From: Entomortierella parvispora E1425
Lineage: Eukaryota > Fungi > Mortierellomycota
DNA length: 64,000 bases
Assembly: GCA_020891255.1 (NCBI GenBank)
Contig: BQFW01000005.1
Location: 248,001-312,000 of the forward strand
Direction of reading: 5' to 3'
Below the pieces are notes generated by a model. It was not told where the DNA came from, searched no databases, and saw nothing but the letters and a program-made list of their open reading frames with translations. Below are positions 23,401 through 36,100 of this stretch, one piece after another (position 1 is the first letter of the stretch; each line of letters begins with the position of its first letter). A program made the position numbers and the translations under genes.

Positions 23401-24760
23401 GCTTTCTCTGGTTGGAGCTCTTGCAGGCAATCCGAAACTGGCACCGCTACAGAAAATCGAGTTATAACATGCTGGACTTGGTGGCGTATGGGTTACCGAT
23501 GATTGCGAGTATCGACCAGATTGTGATTCATCAGATGGATATGGTGCATGGCAACACGCGTATCCTCAGTTTCTCGGTCATTATTGTTTTCTTGCACATG
23601 GTAAGTCTTGTTAATATCGTTTTGCCTTTGGGACTGCAGTTGTCTGTGCAAAGAAGGTGAGGTTTCTCACCAGAGGAATGTGTTTATTTTTCAATGACTC
23701 TATAGCTCTTTGAAGCCCGGGTCAATGAAGGCATCTGCAAGTACGTGACAATTATCCAAGAGGCGATTCTTGAGATCAAGGTCTTTTTGGTGATCTTTGC
23801 TGCGGGTCTGTTTGGGTTTGCGGTGGCGATCCTTCACCTGTTGCATGGAGGGTACCCGATGGGCGATTATGTCGACAGCGGACCCAATGTCGACAATAAC
23901 ACATTCCCGATGAATTTCGCGGGAGCTCTCTCTGCGACGTATTTCTTTATGGTAAGAGAATGAAGGCGAAGAAAAAGAAGAGCGGCGGATCAAATTCTCT
24001 TGGAGCGGGAAGGGTGCTTTCAGCGGACTAACGTAAAACGATGGCCTTTTTGTCCTATAGGGAGGAATATACGATCCTATCAGCGCCAACTTTGACGGTG
24101 AAGACTGGGCATTCCATATCATGATGGCCTTGTTCTTCTTTTTCACGGTCATCCTCATGCTGAACGTGCTCATCGGTAAGAGTCCATTTCCAGACCCTTA
24201 TTTTTTGTGTCCAGAGACGAGACCGCTCCTGCTCACCCTTTTCGTTTTTTTTTTTTTTTTTTTTTTTTTTTTGGTTGTCTTCAGCATTGATCAACGTAGC
24301 CTTTATCAAGGGTGGAGATGGATGGCGTCTCGTCTGGATCGAATCTAGATTGCAGTACATTGAATCGGCCGAAAACATGTCCTATCACCTACCTGGATTC
24401 CGGGATGCCCATGATGAGTACTTTCCCAAGGTGGTTTATTTCACAGCGACGTGGAAAGAGGTCAAGGATTACAAACAGAAATACGAAGAGGAGAAGCAGG
24501 AGGGTGCGGCAGCCGCAGAAGCCACCAAGCAGTTGAATGAACGGGTGGAGGCGTGCGATGCCGTGGCTCATGGTCATGGTCATAGTCATGCCGCCGCGGC
24601 TCCAGAGACGCCAGGCGGAGGTGCTGTCGGCAACGGAGGGGCCTCGGAGGCGACGCTGGCGGGTATTTTGGCGCAATTGGAGGCGTTGAAGCTCATCATC
24701 CTGGAAACACAAAAGGCCAACAATGCTGGAGGTGCTGTTGCAAACACCCCAAGCGCTTGA
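17442..24760 (+). CDS. TRP-like 6-TM cation channel with N-terminal VDRDTPL repeat array, WD40-like region and coiled coil (paralogue 2)
   Basis: ATG 17442 (MSSTDPPEE), about 12 motif repeats, then exons AYRWKVQQ, YAWQTLALY, CTLDISAVEGGWYWIVFHM, SKTCKTELTDLDF, 20167-21471, 21558-23162 and TM exons collinear with paralogue 1. WRLVWIESRL TRP-box-like motif. Confidence 0.85.
18561..19020 (+). repeat. Coding tandem repeats: 138-bp units (starts 18561, 18699, 18837) then 45-bp units (starts 18906, 18951, 18996)
   Basis: Read directly. The 46-aa unit is MRVDRDTPLPRPTQPIITPPQSYPGPMAVNRDTPLPS... and the 15-aa unit is MHV(E/D)RDTLLPxGMSP. Confidence 0.9.
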
Positions 24761-24990
24761 ACAGTAGGAGCCGATATTCACGAACGGAAAGAATAAATAT
24801 ACCAGATACCATATATAATACCAGATATTTACCAACACACACAATAATAATAATATACCAGATGTCGATATTGACGGAATGAGAGATGGGTCGTCTCAAG
24901 AGGATTTTCTTTGAATGGTGTCTTTTGTTTTATAAAGAAAAAAAAAAGATCGGGTAATGCAGAGATGATGAGAGAGGACAGGGTGTTCTT

Positions 24991-26978
24991 TTACTCCTGG
25001 GCAACAAACTTCCAGCTGGGGTCAAAGTTGGACTTGAGACCCTGCCAGGCCTTGAAGTAGTCGTGCTGGACCTTGCCAGACTCCTCGAGGGCCCAGTGAG
25101 TGGGCTGGAGCTGCATCGAGGACTCAAACATGAAAGCCTGGGTGCCCTTGGCAATGTACATGGGCTTCAATTCCTCGGTCGAGGCCTTGGCGAAGGTGGG
25201 GGCATCGGGTCCATGAGGGGTCATCATCGAGTGAAGGGAGGCACCGCCGGGAACGAATCCACCCTGCTTGGCCTCGTAGGTTCCGTGGATCAATCCCATG
25301 AACTCGGACATGCAGTTACGGTGGAAGTAAGGAGGACGGAACTATGGGGATGGGGGTATGCAGTAAAAGGAGTGAGTGACCATGCTCAATTGACTTTTGT
25401 TACAAAAACAAAATGAAAAAAAAAAAAAACAAAAAAACAAAACAAGAAAGTGGAATCAGATCCGACTTACAGTGTTCTCCTGGACAGACCAGCGAGGGGG
25501 GAAGATGACGAAATCAGCCACGGCGACACCGGGCTTCTCAGACTTGCAGGTCAACACTGTGAAGATCGAGGGGTCAATATGGTCGAACGAGACAGAGTTG
25601 ATGGTGTTGAAGTGGGCCAAGTTGTACTTGTAAGGGGCATAGTTTCCGTGCCAGGCGACAACATCGAAAGGTGTGTGATCCTGCTTGGCCTCAAACAAAC
25701 GGCCTCCGTACTTGTTGACAATCTTGAAGGGCTTCTCCTCCTGCGAGAAGGCAGCGACAGGGGTCTGGAAGTCACGGCCGTTGGCCAATCCGTTGGCACC
25801 AATGGGGCCGAGATCGGGAAGGGACCAGGTGCCGTTGAAGACCTCGCAGATGTATCCGCGACTAGAATTATCAAGGAAAGAGATGAAAGGACGGGTTAAG
25901 AGTCGTTTTCCTTTTGCATGGTGAATAGTGTGTCTGTCCAGTGGATAGTAGCCATCCTCTCCTGATGCTCGTTGTTACCTTGGTCCATCGGGAAGGGCGA
26001 CAGAGTAACGGATACCGCGCTGGATCACGCAAATCTCGTTGGGGTGGACCATGATCTTTCCAAACTCGGTGGTGATGTCCAAGCGACCCTGCTGAGGAAC
26101 TATTCAGTTTACAAAGAGGCAATTCGAGTTAGTTCTTGTAAAGAGGATCGGACGGTCGCCTCACAGTATCCAAACACGCACTGCACAAGGAGCAATGGCA
26201 AAAGAAAGAAGAAGAGAGAAGCATGAACGTACCAAACAAAAAGTCACCGTCCGAGTTGTAGAAGGCAGAATCGTCCATGGACTTGTTGGCGGCATAGACC
26301 AAGACGGCCATGCCGTGCTTGACGCCAACATCGCCTGCGCCAGCAATTGAGTGCAAGCCCTGCACAAAGTCCGTGGGCTCTGTGGGAATGTCGAAGGGGG
26401 ACCAGCGCAGCTGGTTGGGGGTCACACTGACGTTGCGATCGTCCGTGTAGTTTCCCACGAGGTGCGTCTTGGTCTTGGAGAGCTCAAAGGGCGTGTGGCA
26501 CACAGAGGGGCGCACGCGGTAGAACCACCTAGCGTGAGAGAATGACGACCATTGTCGAGTTCATTAGTCTTTTGCAGGGTGGACATGAAAGATCATTCGT
26601 GCTGTTCATGTTGCACCATCGCGGAGTAACGCAGCATGAAGAGAACTCTCATGCAAAAGACATAAAAAAAAAAAAAAGTAGCAGAAAAAAAACATACGTG
26701 CGCTCGTTGTGCTTGCGATCGACGGTGAAGGCAGTGCCGGAGAGCTGCTCAGCGTAAAGGTTGTAAGGGCAGACCTGGGGGGTGTTCTGGCCTAGATGGA
26801 TGGAATCACTCGACAAGTTAGATTGCTGGCCTCATTCGCAGGCGTTCATTTCGTGCATTGTTTCGTTTTCTCCGAACGTACCCTTGGGAAGAGCGTCTGG
26901 AAGAGCCTCGGACGAGAAATGGTTTCCGAAACCGGCGTGGTATTTGTAGTCGTTTGCGTAGTGCTTTGTGGCAGCCAT
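24991..26978 (-). CDS. hmgA: Homogentisate 1,2-dioxygenase, multi-exon
   Basis: [21 protein letters not shown]|[95 protein letters not shown]. Confidence 0.97.
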
Positions 26979-29411
26979 GGTGGTGGGTATGAATCAGGGG
27001 TAGGGAAGGAGTGAAGAGTGAAGGGGACTAAGGAACGGAAAGTGTGGGAAAGAGAGAAGAAGAAGAAGGAAGGACGGATCCAGAAGGAAGGAATCCTTCC
27101 CCCAATCCCCCACATAAAAAAGATTAACGGGCTTATTTGCCGGGCACGCGTTGTGATTGGCTGCTGCGACGCGCAAGGGGCTTAGTACACTGCATCTGCA
27201 GTGCAGCGCAGGCGGCGTTGTGCCGTTCGGGCGGCCGGGTGTGTGTGTGTCCGTGGAGGTGGAGGAACCTGGTCGATGTGTGTGCCTGGGCTACGAGGGA
27301 CTGGACCGTTGTTTGCTACAAGTCTAATGGTACTGTGCTCTTCTCGTAATAAGTCCATGATCTGTGAGGTTAGTCATGGATGAAAGGGGTAGAAACCAAG
27401 GTCTACGCCACCAACAACGAACGCGTATCTTTTTGGACTTTGGTTCGACAGGGCGAGAAACATGATCTAGACAAAGCACTGTTTCCAAGAGACTAGAAAC
27501 TACACAATTTGCTCACTGTTTGAGCAGAGAATTGAACAAGGTGGTTGCACCCCCTTGTTTTGAGCACTGATCCTCGGTCCTCTCCCCCCTGGGGAGCTGT
27601 TTACGACCATGATAGGGATCAGGATCATAGAATGCAAACACGCACAAGCACAAACAAAAAAAAAAAACCTGCCGGGGTGCAGACACAAGGAGGATGGAGG
27701 GACCAGTCTTGTCCGTCTGGCTTGTTGGTCTAATTTACGTGCACCCAGATCCCGCGCTGTGTGTGTTTGTCCATGTTGCGCCCGAGAACAATGAGGCGCG
27801 AGCGCCCAACTTCATTGTGTCTGTGGTTCTCGAGGTCTTACACAAGAAAGCTGTAGTGAGCCTGGATGGAGTTCAAGACAGGGGCTAGTTCCGGTGGTGC
27901 GGAGGATCTCTGCTGACGACGGCTTGCAAAATCATTCGTGGTCGCGCAAACACCGACCAGCTCTTCTGTTCTCCTGCCACCACCTGGCCAACATCCCTTC
28001 TCCCTTTTCCTTCACTGTGGGCCAAAAATTCATGCGATATCCTTTTTTTTCCTTCACTATCGTGCACGCCCCAGCACATCCTTGTCAGCATTGACGACCA
28101 GTGTTGGCGGGAGAGATCAATAGCATATCAACGGGCACAAGGCAACAAGGAGGGGGGAAGATTGGACACGAGTGGACACAGACAAGGACATGGGCGGCCA
28201 AAGCAACCACCCGCGAGCGAACAAACGGGTAGAGCGTGCGCACAGTCCCGTCCCTGTGGTGTTTCCTCACTTTGGAGTGCGACATCATTCACCCCTTGTT
28301 TTCTTTTTTAATTCAGCGACCTCGGTGCATCTTCAGCCTTCAAGTTTCCCTCTCTTTCTTCCTTTCCCTCTCTTTCTCTCTCCCTTCTTTTCTTTCCTTC
28401 TCTTTCCTCTTTCTATTCTCCTTCTCTCTCCCTCTCTCTCTTTCTTCTGCCTCCTCCATCTTCCTCTCACCCAACAATCGTTTCATCACCCAAGCCAACA
28501 TCCTGGTCGCTTGTCCTACCTCTTGTACGTCTATCTCAGCTACTTCTTGTCCTCTACATTCAGACAACACACATAGACTGTATCCAAGGGTTGGATGTTA
28601 TTCCAACTGCCTCCCCACCTTGAAGGTGCTCCATGTACCTTTATTGTCTACGGCATCGATGTCTCGATCCTTCCTTATGTTCTATTCTTTACAAGCAATC
28701 GTTCTGCAGCTGTGTCATTTTGGTCAGGGCAATCTCCTTTTTGGTCCTCCTGTAGCTCTCTTCCTCCTCCTTCTCCCCCCCTCTCTCTCCCTTCTCCGTT
28801 GACCGTTATTTACTTCCCTCGCAGCGAGACTCTCCTTCTCTGCTCAATAATTCTCCTTCACTATTCTATTATTTGAATGAGCACTCAAGTATAGCCGTTG
28901 GAGAGAACCTTTCGACCTTTGAACGTCTTTTGAGGTTCCTCAGCGCTGGGCTTGCTCTTGCTCACTCTATCTGTGTTGAGTGGATGATTTGATGTTTTTT
29001 TCCTCATCTTTTTTTTTTCCAGTCGCGCGTTGGCTCTTCTCTTTTTTCCCCCCTTGTCCGTTATGTCCGTTAGCTCAGAGGACTCTGACAGTGCACGAAA
29101 AAAGAACTGCCCTCCTACGATAATGGCTCACACTCATCGTTCTTGCGTCCTTTTTTTGCCTCCTTAGGATCCAGGAACCAAAAACAGACACAAAGAAGAG
29201 ACCCAAGAACCAAAACCTCTTTTCCCCCCTTCCCTCCCTCCTCTTTCTGACTCCAAAAAGGTTTATTTTTTTCCCTTTTTCTTCTTTCTTTCTTTTTGAC
29301 AACCACACTTAACCACATACCTTTCTGTTCATTACACCAACCAACGGAAAGAGACCCCACCAACTCTCATTCCCTCCGTCGCCGCCTCCCCCCCCCCCCC
29401 CCGATCAAAAG

Positions 29412-31301
29412 ATGACCCTGGATACTCTCAGCGCATCTCCCCCGATTCGAAAACCTCTCGCCCTTCGGAATCTTCAACCCAGGGCCGCCGCCGCCGTCAA
29501 TTTCGCAGATGATTTCTCGGACGACGACGACCTGGACGAGTTTGGAGGCCATGGCTCCAGTTACCTCAGTTCGGATTACAAGGCCCAAAGGAGAACCACA
29601 CAAGAACTGGTCGACTTCTTCAAGTCCGCCCCACCACCTTCACCGCCCCGCGACCTGATGCCCATTGCAGAGGAAAAGAAAAAGACATTGTTGCAGCGGT
29701 TGCGGTCCAGAAAGTTGAGCGCCAGCATGGGCGCCGTCGGCGGTCGACTCGGCTTGCCCGGAACCAACAGCTCGATCAGTGGCATGAGCGACACGACGGG
29801 CGGCTCCAGTGCTTCGGGCACGGCTACGTTGCCCAATGGAAAGAAATATGTCATGATCGCAGTCGATTATGACGGCAAGGACGGCAAGCCCCCCAAGCCA
29901 AGCGGCTCGGATTCAGGCGACTCCCTTCTTAGCAACAACCCCAGTATCCAAGTCACGTCTTCTGCCAAGGACAAGGGAGTGAGCGGCAGTGGCGTCGTTC
30001 ACTACGCTCACCAAGGAACGGGCACGGGAAGAGGAGACACTGCCAGTTTGGGAGGCGACCAAAGACGATCCATCATCATCCAAGCTGGTGGCGGAGAGGG
30101 ATCCTCGTTCATCCTGGACAGCTCGCCGTTCTTGCTCGACAACTTTGCACTGGATGCAGACTACATCATGACGGGAGCCAATCCCGACACAATCGACGGT
30201 CAACTCGGACATCGCAGGACTGGCTCTTCGAAATCCGGACAGAGTCAAGGAGCGGATAGCATTGGGGGCGAAGACATGCGTCGAGGCGGATCAAAGAGAG
30301 GCAACAAGGTCAAGTTCAACATGCCTGGCGACATGCCTTCCGCCGTCGTCCTGGACGACGATGCTCTTACAAAGGCCTTGAACGACCGCATGGCCAACCA
30401 CAGAGCTCAATTGGCCCAACACCCCGAGATGGCAACCGGGACTGGGGACAGTGGTCCCGGCGGCGACAAGGAAGAGATCCCACCAGAAGTTGTCCTTCCA
30501 AAGCCAGTAGCCAGGAAGCGAGTCCGCCACGTCCAGATCCAGACCCAGCACTGCGTGATGCGACCCATGTATACCCAAACAGAACCTCTAGAGTCCATGG
30601 CACATGATCTAGAAGTGAAAGAGTTCAGCTGCCAGACAGACTCTGATGATGCCTCCTCAACTGTTGCCTCCACGGCGACCATGACCACGAACATGACCTC
30701 TTCTTCCACGACCGCGCGCTCTAAAGCCGCCCATTTAATGACCAAGCCTATTTATATTACCTCTACGTCCACCACCTCTATCTCCACGTCAACATCGACA
30801 GTTACTTCCCCTACCACCCCTCGTGGCGCCGAAGCTGGATCTTTGGCCATGTACAACGGCTCCTCCCTTCCTCCTACAACGTTGCCTGCGAACGAGGCGG
30901 AGGAGTTGATCATGTTGCGCCAACAGAACGCCACCCTTCAAACCCAGGTCGCTCACCTGAAGCGCGATCTCGCCTCCGAGATCCGGGCACGGACACGGAC
31001 AGCCGTGGCCATGCAGGACACACGCGACAAGTTTGAGATGTTGTCCGCCATGGCGTACAAGAAGCTCAAGGAGATGATCTTTCAACGCCATATCCTCGAA
31101 ATGGAGTCCCGGGAGTTGCGGGTCAAGGTTGATATGTTGACGGAAGAAGGAGATTTATACAACCCTCACCAACAACAAGTTGTTCACCACGGGCATCATT
31201 CTCAGCAGCACACCGGACATCAACATTACCCACACCACCACCACCATTCCAATGGACACCACAATGGACACCATCACGGAAAGGCAGAATATGTCTCGTG
31301 A
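29412..31301 (+). CDS. Intronless 629-aa largely disordered protein with TQELVDFFKSAPPP motif, TQT-like motifs, C-terminal coiled coil and His-rich tail; function unknown
   Basis: Single long ORF with biased codon usage; heptad segment EELIMLRQQNATLQTQVAHLKRDL...ELRVKVDML. Confidence 0.8.
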   Translation: MTLDTLSASPPIRKPLALRNLQPRAAAAVNFADDFSDDDDLDEFGGHGSSYLSSDYKAQRRTTQELVDFFKSAPPPSPPRDLMPIAEEKKKTLLQRLRSRKLSASMGAVGGRLGLPGTNSSISGMSDTTGGSSASGTATLPNGKKYVMIAVDYDGKDGKPPKPSGSDSGDSLLSNNPSIQVTSSAKDKGVSGSGVVHYAHQGTGTGRGDTASLGGDQRRSIIIQAGGGEGSSFILDSSPFLLDNFALDADYIMTGANPDTIDGQLGHRRTGSSKSGQSQGADSIGGEDMRRGGSKRGNKVKFNMPGDMPSAVVLDDDALTKALNDRMANHRAQLAQHPEMATGTGDSGPGGDKEEIPPEVVLPKPVARKRVRHVQIQTQHCVMRPMYTQTEPLESMAHDLEVKEFSCQTDSDDASSTVASTATMTTNMTSSSTTARSKAAHLMTKPIYITSTSTTSISTSTSTVTSPTTPRGAEAGSLAMYNGSSLPPTTLPANEAEELIMLRQQNATLQTQVAHLKRDLASEIRARTRTAVAMQDTRDKFEMLSAMAYKKLKEMIFQRHILEMESRELRVKVDMLTEEGDLYNPHQQQVVHHGHHSQQHTGHQHYPHHHHHSNGHHNGHHHGKAEYVS

Positions 31302-31419
31302 AAAAAGTCATAATAAAAATTATAAAACAAAAATAATTTTAAAAATTAGGCGAAAAATGCGATATATTACAAGGGGCGTTGAGCGGGAAATTAGACTAGG
31401 TAATAGGATGATGTTTGCT

Positions 31420-33178
31420 CTAAGCCTTGAGCTCCACGGTCTTCTCCTCGTCATGGCTGACCTCCTCGATGGGGGCAGGGTTCAAGGTGGAGACATCGAA
31501 TCCGTTGGCAGCCAAGTAGCGCTTGAAGTCCTCATCCTCCTCGCCAAGGTTCTTCTTGGAGTAATCGGGGATCAAAACCCAAGTGAAGATGGAACCCAAA
31601 ATGGCCAAACCGGAACCGAGGATGAAGACACGGCCCTGACCGAGGATGGCATCACCATGGCCAAAGTTGGCAATAGCGGGCTTGAAGGCAGAGGTACCGC
31701 AGAAGGCACCAAACTTGCCGATAGCGGCGGACCAACCGTAAGCGGTACCACGGATAGCAGTAGGGTAGATCTCGGCCGAGACCAAGCCCAACATATCACC
31801 GGGACCAAACTCACCAAACATCATAAAGATACCGTAGAGGACAACGAACAAGGGGAACTTGTTGAGCAAATCCTTGTAGAAGCATCCCATCAAGATTCCG
31901 AGGACACCCTGGACAAAGAATCCGAGGGTCATGGTCTTCTTGCGTCCAATGCGGTCAGCGGCCAAAGCGCCCGAGATGGATCCGGGGAGGTAGAAGAAGT
32001 TCAACAACAACATCCACTCGGCGGTCTGAACAAAGGTAGCGTTGGTGCCCAAAGCCTGATCCAAGATGGTGCCCGAGAAGATACCGAAGGGGTAAGAGAT
32101 GAAGTTGTAAAAGAACCAAGAACCACCAGTTCCCAAGAGGTACTTCCAGTATCTCTTGATGATCAACAAGTAAGGGACGTTCTTCTTCATCGAGTTCTTC
32201 TGGTAGATCTGCGAGTTGTCCATCTTGAAACGGAAGTACAAGACCGAGAGAGGGGGCAAGACACCGAAAGCAAAGGAAGTGCGCCAGATGACCTCGTACG
32301 AGCAACCGGCAGCACCCAAGATCAAGGGGAACAAGGCGGACAAGACGAAACCAGAGTCAATGACAAAGTTGGTGACCAAGACAAACAACATGCCACGGCG
32401 GCCGGGCATGACCTCGTCAGCAGCCTCAGAGGCGGAGGCGGAGGAGCAAGGGTACTCGCCTCCGACACCGACACCGAGGATACCACGGTAGATGGTCAAG
32501 GCCCAGAACATGCCCTCGATCGATCCGTTGTGACCATAGGCGCCAGCGCACAGGGCGGCACCGATAATCACCAGGAACGTTGTCATCATCAATCCGACCT
32601 TACGACCGACACGGTCGCAAATAAAACCAAACGAGATTTGACCAATGATGCATCCGACAAAGAGAGAGTTGCTGATACGGGTAGAGATGGCAGAGGTGAA
32701 CTGTTCGCCGTAGAGGTTGGTGAAGCAGACGTTGACCAAGGACAAGACACCGACTTGGTAACCATCGGACAACAGGGCGAATCCTGGGAGAGAGCGGAAG
32801 AAAGAAAAAAAAGAAGAGAGGAACAGCCGTTAGGAGAGTTCGGACATAATACTTTTTTTTTTTTTTTGGTTTGTGGAGAGAGCGACGATCACACACACAC
32901 AATAAATAGATCTGCGTGAGAAGACATGTGAAGGGAGAGGACAAAGATTTCAATGGGAAAGCAGGGGTCCTGTCGAATAGATGTAGGGACAGAGGGTGGT
33001 GGAAAGTGTGGGGGGTGGAGGGGGAGTAAAGGTGAGGGACTGAGTCTCTACCTGAGAAGATGACGGTGAAGACGGCGGCAACTCTGGACTTTGTCTTCTT
33101 GGCAGTGACTTGATGGTCTGCGGACTGGTCGGGGAGGACCACGGCCTGAATAGGCTCGTTGGCGGCTTGCTTTTCCAT
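31420..33178 (-). CDS. GIT1: MFS glycerophosphodiester/glycerophosphoinositol permease (Git1-like), 2 exons
   Basis: Exon 33178-33052 spliced to 32783-31420 gives VIFSG|FALLSDGYQ; contains DRVGRK, LGVGVGGEYPCSSASASE, GEFGPGD and PTAIRGTAYGWSAAIGKFGAFCG. Confidence 0.88.
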
Positions 33179-36100
33179 TGTGGGGAGTGGAGAAGAAAAG
33201 GAGGGAGGAGGGGGAGGCGGAAAGGAGGGGGTGAAAAGGTCGATGGTAGACAAGGGACAAAGAAACAGGAACAAGGAGGGCGGGGACAAGGGCAAGTATT
33301 TATGTTGTTTGGGAAGAAGTGAGGTGAGAAAATAATATTGGTTGGCTAGCGCGCTTTGAAGAGTTGGAAGCGGAAAGGAGTGAATGGGAGGCTAATACAG
33401 TCATGACGATGGGAGTGGACAGCTTATTCTGTACGGACAACGGACTACCAACTGCCTCAATTGAGCCACAAAACAGACGAGGCGAACAACCCTAACCTTC
33501 GTTGGGACGACGAGTGAGCGAAGGGTCGGGCACCGCCAACACAAAAGGAATCTGACGATTTGAGAGCCCGGAGCAAGTTGAACGGGTCGTGGCCCCTGTA
33601 CGACCTCTCATGTGTTCACCTGGTCTTTTTTTTTTACTTTTGGGCAAAGTCTTTGCTTCGGATGCCCCGTTCGTTCTTGCTCGTGTTTGCTGTTTGCGGA
33701 AGAAAGAAAAAAAAAAGAAAAAAAAACAAGCTGGGACTCAATTGCACAGAAGAGGCTCGTCCCAATGGAAGGCCGTCTTTGGGCAAGGACCTACTCCCAT
33801 AAAAGAAATCGTCTCCCCTGTGAAGGCCCAGAGACAGACGCTCATTCCCTTTTTTTCTTAACCTTTCTTTCTGTGGCGAATGAGGAAAGAGGAAGGAGGA
33901 GTTCCAATATTGACCGATGTCAAAAAAAAAACTCAGCTCTTCTCCAGTTTTTTTTTTTGGTCATCTTTCGCCTTACACCTTCATAGATCGATTGAGCTGG
34001 CGCTTCAATTAGTGCTGTGGATGACCACCGATGAACGGATGTAAAATACATGGCCATGGTACCACCCTTTTTTTTAATATCATTGTACGTCCTGGCGCAC
34101 CCTTGCCTCCTCCAATCATCGCGCTGGCCCAAAGCACTCGCCTCCCAGGGACCATGGCGGATGGCTGACAGAAACGTGGACAGACCTTTGGGCTAAAAAA
34201 GTAATAGCCCGCAGCCCGCCGGATTTTTTTTGGCTATCCCAATTGCTGAAGACGTTTGTCCGCACCTGCTGCTTTCCCACCAGAGAGTGGACAGCAGCCA
34301 AGAGGGCAAGGATATGATGGAGCGAAGATGATCCTCGATGGTCTTGAAAGAAACGGACAAGCCATTTTCCCTGCGTTACCCCGCATCATACGATTCTCAC
34401 TCTAGACTTGTTGTCAAAGGTACTCGGTCCCTGTACCTGTACCTGAGCTCGCATCCGGACTTCCAGCCTCGTTCAATATATTTTTTATTTGCTAATACAC
34501 TCGGCCTCTCCAAATATGTATCTGCTCCATAGTAGCAAGGACGTTCAAAATAGCTGGGTTCTAGCTCCAGCCCCCACCTTTGTGTCCCCGTCACTCTTAC
34601 CCCGATCTCAACTCAGGCACATGTGTACCCCGAGGAACCATGCGAAATAATCCAGCCAACCAGGATGGGTCCAGCTGCCCACGTTATTGCAATGCTTTCC
34701 CTCGAAAGCGACTAGGTTGGTTCACAGGAGGGCGCCCAAACTGGTCCCGCTACATGGCACAGAACCGTAGAGCATGCAAGGCTGTGTAACTTGTATGCCG
34801 AGTCTCAAGACCCTTGAGGGAGATCTTTTTTACGACATGGGGAGAAGTTCGCATCCTCATTCAATGGCCTGAAAATGCCTCGCTTTTGCCCTTTTGTTTG
34901 TGATCACATTATGTCCATGTCCAAAAAGCCGAAAGGGCAATTCCTGTTACATCCCTCTTGTCCATGAAGGGATTGGAGTGGAGGGCCAGTGCTACTGCTT
35001 TTGTTTGGCTCCTCTCTCCTCCCTCTCTTTTTTTTTTCTTCCTTCAACAACAATGAGGGCTGAACGTCTCTTGGTTCTTGGGTAACCTGATGATACAACA
35101 ACAACACTAGTTTGCGGTTCTCAATGCACACCGTCTTTTCTTTCTTTCATTTGCTCGAAGAATCAAACAGTTGAATGCCCTCCTCGTATGTTTCTGACAG
35201 GCTCCACCATGGCATGCGGATATCCTCCGGTGGGTGATCGGTTCAAACTATGTGTAACATCTCCATGGTCGTGTGGTGGAGTTGTGTCACCCTGGAACCA
35301 CCAAAAGAAAAAAAGAAAAGGGCGGCGCCGACTCACGAGGGGAGATCTCACCATCCACAAACAAACACGCGTTGAACAACAAAGAAAAGAAAAAAAATGG
35401 GAGAGCGCCGGATTTGCTCACCTGGGCACCTCCATTTGGAAAGCATCCTTCTCTTCATGTTGCTTCGTTATATTTTTCTGTGATGGGGAGGTGTGTCCGA
35501 TGGGGCCCAATATCCAAGCTTGTTTCTCCATGTGAAAGAGCTGCTTTTGTTCCCCGATGCGAGCAAATGAGAGAGGAGGGCGGAGAATCCTGTCCTCTCC
35601 TCGCAAGGTGCCACAAAAACAAAATTGGTTGCTCTCTTTTTTTGTTCTTCACGTAAACGTAGAGTTCGAGAAAGCTCTAGAGGATTAGGGTTCTTACCAT
35701 TATGATTCCACTACGCAGTGTTAGCTCCCGCCCAGCTACAAATCTCACCTTCAAACAGAAGCGAGGTATCAGGGGGGAAGGAAGACCCTAGCTTTCTGCC
35801 TCTTTGCTGTCAGTCGCCAATGACAAGGTTCAATCACAAGAATCGCCTTGGATCGGATTGTTATCCTGTTGGACCCTGGCATGTGTTACGATGGCTTGCG
35901 CTAGAAGAACAGCAGACAACAAACCCTCGGAAGGAAGTGAAGCAGCAGGTTTGACGTTCAATTGCCTTCAGCTGTAACTGTCTCTTTCCCACCTCCTCAA
36001 GTTCCCACCCTACAGTGATGGTCTCCCTTGGACCCCGCACCCTTTGCAGTTTTCCGAAGTGCGCCGAGAGCGCAAAGCGGAGCCAGATTTTATTTCTTCG

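Noticed and set aside
24991-26978. Tyrosine/phenylalanine catabolic gene cluster around hmgA
   Set aside because: No fumarylacetoacetase, maleylacetoacetate isomerase or HPPD gene is visible nearby.
27441-27460. GGTTCGA, tRNA T-loop-like word
   Set aside because: No cloverleaf or A-box can be folded around it.
31180-32919. 579-aa ORF on + strand
   Set aside because: Exact antisense shadow of the GIT1 coding exon; no recognisable motifs, and explained by strong codon bias on the sense strand.
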